Shown here: positions 17,103-23,039 of the stretch, piece by piece
How the letters are laid out: each line of letters starts with the position of its first letter
Numbering within the stretch: the stretch's first letter is position 1
Source of the DNA: Gemmatimonadota bacterium
GTDB taxonomy: Bacteria > Latescibacterota > UBA2968 > UBA8231
Length of the DNA stretch: 23,039 nt
Direction of reading: 5' to 3'
Assembly: GCA_038153405.1 (NCBI GenBank)
Contig: JAYOYH010000011.1
Coordinates: 1 to 23,039 of the forward strand
Notes under the pieces: model-generated
What the model saw: only the letters and a program-made list of their open reading frames with translations
What the model was told of the DNA's origin: nothing
Database searches by the model: none
Made by a program: the position numbers and the translations under genes

Positions 17103-17831
17103 ATGACCGATCGAGAAATGATCGAAGAGCTAAAACATTTCGACACGCCGTCCATTACCAACGTCGTCGCGACGTATCCCGGCCATCCCCTTTGCCTAGG
17201 CCTGTATAACCCCTGGCGCGAGAACTGGTATACAGACCAGAGCCTGCGCTGTATGTATCCAGAATTGGGACGCACCGTCGGCTATGCCGTAACCTGCACC
17301 TACGGCCTGCCCGATCCGGACTACAATCGGCTGAGCTTTATGGACGTGCTCGAGGCACTCGACGCCATGCCCAAACCGACGATACTGGTGCTCGAACAAA
17401 AATTTCCTCCGGAACTTCAGGGCAAAGTCGGCCTAGCGGGCGGCAATATGACATCGGCGATGAAAGCCATCGGCTGCGTTGGCTGTATTTCCAACGGCCC
17501 ATCGCGCGATATCGATGAGATTCGACCGATGAAGTTTCAGTATCTACTCAGCGGCGTTACTCCGGGCCACGGCGCCCAAGCGGTGCACGCGGTCAACGTG
17601 CCCGTCAGCGTCGCCGGCATGGATATCGCACCGGGCGAGATCGTCCATATGGACGAAAACGGCGCCTGCAAATTCCCCGCCGACAAGCTGGGCGCAGTGC
17701 TCGAAAATGCCCGAGCCCTACAAAGGGAAGAAGAGGAACGCGTCGGTCGCCTTCTACAAGCCAGCTCATTAGAAGAGGTGAAGCGCATCTTCGCCGGCCA
17801 CTCGTATGCCGAAACGGATGAGGAAAAATAG
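17103..17831 (+). CDS. RraA / HMG-aldolase family protein
   Basis: FDTPSITN, RTVGYAVT, GGNM, GCISNGPSRDIDE, VSVAGMDIAPGEIVHMDENG. ATG 17103 has an AAGGAG RBS. Confidence 0.87.
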   Translation: MTDREMIEELKHFDTPSITNVVATYPGHPLCLGLYNPWRENWYTDQSLRCMYPELGRTVGYAVTCTYGLPDPDYNRLSFMDVLEALDAMPKPTILVLEQKFPPELQGKVGLAGGNMTSAMKAIGCVGCISNGPSRDIDEIRPMKFQYLLSGVTPGHGAQAVHAVNVPVSVAGMDIAPGEIVHMDENGACKFPADKLGAVLENARALQREEEERVGRLLQASSLEEVKRIFAGHSYAETDEEK

Positions 17832-17860
17832 GCCGGCGCTACGCGACCGGCATATCGCCA

Positions 17861-18781
17861 ATGGCTAACGCGCCCCTAACCGACGTTCTCGGCATCGGCT
17901 TGTGCACCGTCGATATGCTCTTTGTCGTTGACCATCTCCCGCACTTTGACCGCTCCATGCGCGCTGCGCAATTCCTGCGCCAAGGCGGTGGTCCGGCCGC
18001 GACTGCGCTGGTGGCCTTTGCCCGCCTGGCACCCGATGCGCGCAGTGCTTTCATCGGCAAGGTCGGCGACGACGAGGACGGTGATTTTATTCGCGCAGGC
18101 CTGCAGAGAGAAGGCGTCGACACCGCGCACTTTGCCATTGCCCCGGGTGCCCATTCGCGCGTTGCCCTCGTGCTAGTAGAAGAGTCCAGCGGCGAACGAG
18201 GCTTTGTAACGCGGCCGGAGAGCTGTGGCGAACTCACCCCAGACGAGCTGCCGTACGACGTGATCAGCGCGGCGCAGATCGTTCATTTGGACGATGCCGA
18301 TGCCACCTGTATGCAGGCGGCGCGCTGGGCCAAAGAAGCCGGCCATACCGTAGTTTTTGACGGCACCTGGCCGCACAAAGATCTCGACGATTTCTTGCCG
18401 CTGGTCGATGTGTCCATCGTATCCGAACCGCTGGTGCGACAGTGGGTTCCCGATCTTAGCCCCGAACAGGTCGTGCAGAAATTGGCCGACTACGGCGCGC
18501 GCATCGCGGTGTACACGCGCGGCAAGCTCGGCTGCGTGGCGCGCTGGCAGGGCCAGACCCACACCGTTCCCGCATTCCCGGTAGCAGTGGTCGATACGAC
18601 CGGAGCGGGTGATGCCTTTCACGGCGCATTTCTCTACGGCCTGCACCAGCGCTGGACGCCCGAACAGACAATCCGCTTTGCCTCGGCCACAGCTGCGCTA
18701 AACTGCCGCGCTCTGGGCGGGCGCACGGCGCTGCCCACGCGATCTGAAGTAGAGGCGTTTCTGCACGCGCACACCGCCTGA
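17861..18781 (+). CDS. PfkB-family carbohydrate kinase
   Basis: GGGPAATA, FIGKVGDDEDG, GER, and the PfkB signature VVDTTGAGDAFHGAF. Confidence 0.93.
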   Translation: MANAPLTDVLGIGLCTVDMLFVVDHLPHFDRSMRAAQFLRQGGGPAATALVAFARLAPDARSAFIGKVGDDEDGDFIRAGLQREGVDTAHFAIAPGAHSRVALVLVEESSGERGFVTRPESCGELTPDELPYDVISAAQIVHLDDADATCMQAARWAKEAGHTVVFDGTWPHKDLDDFLPLVDVSIVSEPLVRQWVPDLSPEQVVQKLADYGARIAVYTRGKLGCVARWQGQTHTVPAFPVAVVDTTGAGDAFHGAFLYGLHQRWTPEQTIRFASATAALNCRALGGRTALPTRSEVEAFLHAHTA

Positions 18782-18884
18782 CCTTCCACAGTAGTGCCGT
18801 GATCAGCGCGGGTGAAGATCGGACCGCTTGCAACCGGGCTATAGAGCGCTTTTATTTTGCCGCCAACACATCCAGAGATACGCC

Positions 18885-19709
18885 ATGCTATATGCCACAC
18901 TGCCATCCGGTCAGCCCATGCCCTTGCTCGGGTTGGGCACCTTCGACCTACGCGGCGCAGAAGGGGCGGCCTCGGTAGCCGCCGCCATTGGACACGGCTA
19001 TCGCCACCTCGACACAGCGCTCGGCTACGATAACCACGATGCCGTAGGACAGGGCATTGCCCAATCTGGCGTGGGGCGCGGCGAACTCTTTATAACCTCC
19101 AAAATACCGCGCGAAGAGTTGGCCTACGACGATGTGCTGCGCGCCTGCGAGCGCAGCCTGCGCGAACTGGACCTATCCTATCTAGATCTATTGCTGATTC
19201 ACTGGCCCAACAACGATATCCCGCTGCGCGAAACGCTGCGCGCGCTGTCCGCGCTGGTTGAGCGCGGACAGATCAAGCATGCCGGGGTTTCTAATTTCAC
19301 TACCTGGCGCCTGCGCGAAGTCCTCGAATACGACCTGTTGCCCATCGCCGCCAATCAGGTAGAGTTCCACCCCTACCTCAATCAGGACAAGCTGCGCGCT
19401 TTTTGTGCCGAAAGCGGCATTGCCCTAGTTGCCTACAGCCCGCTCGCTCAGGGCGCCCTGCTCGATGACGAGGTGCTGGGCGCTATCGCTACTGCGCGCG
19501 GCAAGACGACGGCACAGATCGCCCTGCGCTGGCTGCTCGAAAAGCAAATAGGCGCCATTCCGCGCTCGCGCTCGCCCGAGCGCCAGGCCGCTAATGTCGC
19601 GCTCTTTGACTGGTCCTTAAGCGAGGATGAAAGAGAGCGCATTGAGCACATTGAGCGGTCACTGCGCGTCATAACCTACTGGCCGGGCGAATTCGAAAAG
19701 GGAGAGTAA
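18885..19709 (+). CDS. Aldo/keto reductase
   Basis: MP.LGLGT, catalytic tetrad in HLDTALGY / ITSK / LLIHWP, GVSNF, NQVEFHP, AYSPL, AQIALRW. ATG 18885 chosen as start. Confidence 0.93.
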   Translation: MLYATLPSGQPMPLLGLGTFDLRGAEGAASVAAAIGHGYRHLDTALGYDNHDAVGQGIAQSGVGRGELFITSKIPREELAYDDVLRACERSLRELDLSYLDLLLIHWPNNDIPLRETLRALSALVERGQIKHAGVSNFTTWRLREVLEYDLLPIAANQVEFHPYLNQDKLRAFCAESGIALVAYSPLAQGALLDDEVLGAIATARGKTTAQIALRWLLEKQIGAIPRSRSPERQAANVALFDWSLSEDERERIEHIERSLRVITYWPGEFEKGE

Positions 19710-19710
19710 T

Positions 19711-20469
19711 ATGATCGATCTCAGCGGCAAAGTCGGCCTCATTACCGGCGCATCGCGCGGCATCGGACGCGCCTGCGCCCTGGAAATGGCGCGCGCCGGC
19801 GCCGACGTCGCCGTCAACTATCGCAGCCACCCCGACGAGGCCGAGGAAGTAGTCGCGGCGATACGCGCACTGGGCCAACGGGCTATCGCCATTGGCTGCG
19901 ACGTGGCCGAACGCACCGACGTCACCGACATGGTCGCGCGCACCGCGGCGGAATTGGGCCGCATCGACATCGCCGTGGCCAACGCCTACTACAGCAAGCG
20001 CCAGCCTTTTTTGGAACTCGACGAAGAAGGCGTGCGCCGCACGCTCGACGTGACGTTGCTCGGTGCGTTCTTTACGGCGCAGGCCGCCGCACGGCATATG
20101 GTTGAGCAGGGCGAGGGCGGCGCGCTGCTCTTTATTAGTTCGATTCTAGCGCGGGGTGCCTATCCGACCTCGCTGCCCTACTGCGCCGCCAAAGCGGGCA
20201 TGAATCACATGTGCCGCGTCATTGCACGCGAAATGGCCGAACACAAGATTCGCGCCAATGCCATTGAACCGGGCTACACCGATACGCCCGGAGAGCGCCA
20301 ATTCGCCAGCGAAGATCAGATACGGCAAGCCGCCGAGAATCTGCCCTGGAAGCGCCTAGCCACGGGCGAAGATATCGCGCGCGCCGCTGCATTTTTGTGC
20401 TCGCCCGCTGCCGACTACATCACGGGGTCCATACTCACCGTCGACGGCGGACTCATCTTGGGAAGCTAA
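19711..20469 (+). CDS. SDR oxidoreductase (glucose-1-dehydrogenase-like)
   Basis: ITGASRGIG, VAVNYRS, FISS, catalytic YCAAK, IEPGYTDTPGE, YITGSILTVDGG. Confidence 0.92.
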   Translation: MIDLSGKVGLITGASRGIGRACALEMARAGADVAVNYRSHPDEAEEVVAAIRALGQRAIAIGCDVAERTDVTDMVARTAAELGRIDIAVANAYYSKRQPFLELDEEGVRRTLDVTLLGAFFTAQAAARHMVEQGEGGALLFISSILARGAYPTSLPYCAAKAGMNHMCRVIAREMAEHKIRANAIEPGYTDTPGERQFASEDQIRQAAENLPWKRLATGEDIARAAAFLCSPAADYITGSILTVDGGLILGS

Positions 20470-20484
20470 AAAAGGAGGTACGCT

Positions 20485-21480
20485 GTGCACGTCGCACTGC
20501 AAATGAACGACCTGTCCGATGACAACCTGAAATTTGCCAAACAAATTGGCGTCGACCACGTCGTCACCGGCTCGCCCAAGGAACTCATTCCCCCCGAGCG
20601 CGGCTATTGGTTGGCCGATGATCTGAGCGCCCTGCGCGAGCGCGTCGAAGGGCACGGACTGAGCGTTGAGGTGATGGCACTGCCGCTCAGCTCGTCCTAC
20701 ATAACGCGCGCGGAAAACCCCCATATCATGCTCGGCACGCCGGAACGCGATCGCGAAATCGACCATATCTGCGAGTGCATTCGCGCGGCCGCGGCGGCTG
20801 GCATTCCCTGTCTGAAATACAACCTGACCATCATGGGCGTTATCACCACCGGTCGTTCGACGGGCCGCGGTGGCGCATCCTACCGCGCCTTTGATTACGA
20901 ATCCGTCAAGGACGAGCCGCTGACCGAGGCTGGCCGCGTAGACGCTGCCGCCATGTGGGAGCGCATCGACTACTTTGTCCAGCGCGTCATTCCCGTCGCC
21001 GACGAGTACAAAGTCCGCATGGCCTGCCACCAGCACGATCCCGCCGTGCCACACGATGTCGGCGTCCGCGGCGTCAACCGCGTCTTGGGCAGCGTCGAGG
21101 GCGTAAAGAAATTCGTCGATCTCATCGATAGCCCCTATCACGGCCTCAATTTCTGCCAGGGCACCTGTTCGGAAATGCTACGGGATCCCGGCCGCGAGAT
21201 CTTTGACGTCATCCGCTACTTCGGCCAGCGCGAAAAGATTTTCATGGTTCATTTTCGCAATATTCGCGGCGGCTTTCTCAAATTTGAGGAAGTCTATATC
21301 GACGAGGGCGATGTCGATATGTGGGAGGCGATGAAAGTATACAAAGAAGTTGGCTACAGTGGCGTATTCTGCCCCGACCACGTGCCCAAGTCGGAGCAGG
21401 ACAGCCGTTGGGGACACCGTCAGCGCGCCTTTACAGCCGGTTACATCAAGGCGCTCATCAAAGCGATTAACAATCCCTAA
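20485..21480 (+). CDS. Mannonate dehydratase (UxuA)-family protein
   Basis: [67 protein letters not shown] start with an AGGAGG RBS. It appears to be a divergent family member, so no symbol is given. Confidence 0.88.
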   Translation: MHVALQMNDLSDDNLKFAKQIGVDHVVTGSPKELIPPERGYWLADDLSALRERVEGHGLSVEVMALPLSSSYITRAENPHIMLGTPERDREIDHICECIRAAAAAGIPCLKYNLTIMGVITTGRSTGRGGASYRAFDYESVKDEPLTEAGRVDAAAMWERIDYFVQRVIPVADEYKVRMACHQHDPAVPHDVGVRGVNRVLGSVEGVKKFVDLIDSPYHGLNFCQGTCSEMLRDPGREIFDVIRYFGQREKIFMVHFRNIRGGFLKFEEVYIDEGDVDMWEAMKVYKEVGYSGVFCPDHVPKSEQDSRWGHRQRAFTAGYIKALIKAINNP

Positions 21481-21564
21481 TCCGTCTATGCGTCCGTTCC
21501 TTTGCCTATTTCATAAGCTGACGCATGCGCTTCCTGCACAAGCAAACCCTGTCGAGAGCACTGC

Positions 21565-22581
21565 ATGTCCAAACTGAGAATAGCCTTTGCCGGATTCCGC
21601 CACGGCCATATAACCAGCCTATACGCTCTGGCGCAGCGGCGCGATGACTTAGAAGTGGTCGCCGCCTGCGAAGAACACGACCAGACGCGCGCCCAGCTCG
21701 AGCGCGACGGACATATCCAAATTACTCATTCAAAGCTCGAGGCCCTGCTCGAAGTGGATAGCGATATCGTCGCCATTGGCGACTACTTTACCCGACGCGG
21801 GCCCGTTGCCATTCGCGCGCTGGAGAGCGGCCGCCACGTCATCGTCGACAAACCACTCTGCACCCAAATAGAAGCGCTAGAGCACATAGCCGCACTTTCA
21901 GCGCAGAAGGGGTTAAAGGTCGGCTGTATGCTCACCATGCGCGACGCGCCGCAGATCCTAGGCGTGCGCCAGCTCATCGGCGACGGCCGAATTGGCGAGG
22001 TGCACGCTATTTCCTTTGGCGGGCAACATCCTCTTAAGCTAGACGCGCGCCCGGCCTGGTATTTTGAAGAGGGCAAGCACGGCGGCACCATCACCGATAT
22101 CGGCATTCACGCCATTGACGCGCTGCCGTGGGTGACGGGTTTGCGCTTTGAGACGATCAACGCCGCGCGCTGCTGGAATGCCTTTGCAAAGGATGCGCCC
22201 TACTTTGAAGACGCTGGACAGCTTATGCTGACGATGAACAACGGTTGCGGAGTGCTCGGCGACGTCTCCTACTTTGCGCCCGATCGAGCCGGCTATAGCA
22301 TGCCCTATTATTGGCGCACGACCTACTGGGGGCGCGACGGCGTTATCGAAACGTCGACGACGGCCGACGCCATCATGCTACTGGGCAAAGACGACGAGCG
22401 CCCACAGACGATTGCTCTGCCTGAGGCACGCCCCGGCGGCTATCTACAGGCGTTCCTCGATGACATTGCCGACGTGCAGCCGGCCAACGACCTCGATACC
22501 GCCGCAGTGCTCCATTCGGCGCGCCAAGTCATACGCATTCAGCAGGCGGCCGATCGATGCGAGCGCGAAGTCGCTCTCTAA
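21565..22581 (+). CDS. Gfo/Idh/MocA family oxidoreductase
   Basis: LRIAFAGFRHGH, ALESGRHVIVDKP, G.IGEV, RPAWYF..GKHGG.ITDIGIHAID. Confidence 0.9.
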   Translation: MSKLRIAFAGFRHGHITSLYALAQRRDDLEVVAACEEHDQTRAQLERDGHIQITHSKLEALLEVDSDIVAIGDYFTRRGPVAIRALESGRHVIVDKPLCTQIEALEHIAALSAQKGLKVGCMLTMRDAPQILGVRQLIGDGRIGEVHAISFGGQHPLKLDARPAWYFEEGKHGGTITDIGIHAIDALPWVTGLRFETINAARCWNAFAKDAPYFEDAGQLMLTMNNGCGVLGDVSYFAPDRAGYSMPYYWRTTYWGRDGVIETSTTADAIMLLGKDDERPQTIALPEARPGGYLQAFLDDIADVQPANDLDTAAVLHSARQVIRIQQAADRCEREVAL

Positions 22582-22627
22582 CGCATTTACCTGAACCAAT
22601 ACATACCTGCCAGCACAATCGAAAGTG

Positions 22628-23039
22628 CTATGCTGTGCTCTCCCGAGCACGGGCAGCTTCCACCACGCCTCTCAGATCTTCTGGCCACTCCGCGCAAAAC
22701 ACCATGCGCTCGCCGCTGCGTGGATGCGCAAAGCGCAGCTCGCGTGCGTGCAGCGCCTGTCGCTTTATCAGGCTCAGCATCCAGCGCGCCCAGCGCCGCA
22801 TTTCGGGACGAATCCCCTCCGTATAGTCGCGCCCAGCATATACGGAATCGCCAAATACGGGATGGCCAATATGCTGCATATGCACGCGGATCTGGTGCGT
22901 TCGTCCCGTGTCTAACTTGAGCTGAAGCAGGCTGGTAAAATCGTAGCGCTCGACGATTTCGTAGTGCGTGCGCGCCGCGCGTCCGTCTTCGACTATACCC
23001 ATTTTCTTGCGGTTTTTTGGGTTGCGTCCCAGCGGCGCG
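22628..23039 (-). CDS. RluA-family pseudouridine synthase (RluD-like), 3' part only; 5' end lies outside the window
   Basis: The frame is open to the window edge: APLGRNPKNRKKMGIV..ARTHY, LDTGRTHQIRVHM.HIGHPVFGD.VY, RQALHA..L.F.HP. Confidence 0.93.
   Translation of the reverse strand, partial: APLGRNPKNRKKMGIVEDGRAARTHYEIVERYDFTSLLQLKLDTGRTHQIRVHMQHIGHPVFGDSVYAGRDYTEGIRPEMRRWARWMLSLIKRQALHARELRFAHPRSGERMVFCAEWPEDLRGVVEAARARESTA

Noticed and set aside
18828..18858. Internal promoter TTGCAA...TATTTT before the AKR gene
   Set aside because: The spacer to the best -10 is 19 nt, which is too weak to call.
1..23039. CRISPR arrays, IS elements, integrases, prophage genes, frameshifted pseudogenes
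   Set aside because: I saw no regularly spaced repeats, no transposase/recombinase motifs and no split reading frames. All called genes appear intact apart from edge truncation.

Overview
This is a GC-rich bacterial chromosomal segment with 1 tRNA and 20 supportable CDSs, the last truncated by the right edge. From left to right it carries tRNA-Pro(UGG) with a strong hairpin, a fused membrane/spermidine-synthase-like/TPR protein, and a stand-alone N,N-dimethylformamidase beta-subunit-family protein. Next come a secreted YHYH protein ending in an 'SWGRIK' tail, a Cys-rich putative lipoprotein, an extended adenylate-kinase-like protein, and an htpG-proA-[2Fe-2S] ferredoxin run. These are followed by a geranylgeranyl-reductase-family enzyme and a ddl-DUF445-SDR run. 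A plus-strand block then encodes a creatininase-like amidohydrolase, a DUF6642-like caspase-fold protein, an RraA-like aldolase, a PfkB kinase, an AKR, an SDR, a UxuA-like dehydratase and a Gfo/Idh/MocA oxidoreductase. The window ends in the 3' part of an RluA/RluD pseudouridine synthase. The C-terminal W-G-x-I-K tail and the gene content suggest a Latescibacterota/Poribacteria-like organism (inference only). I saw no CRISPR array, transposase, integrase or rRNA. The best leads are the candidate sorting signal on the YHYH protein, the caspase-like His-Cys protein inside the catabolic block, the possible uncharacterised sugar/sugar-acid pathway with a structured leader, and the DMFase-like amidase. 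All family calls come from motif recognition, not database searches.
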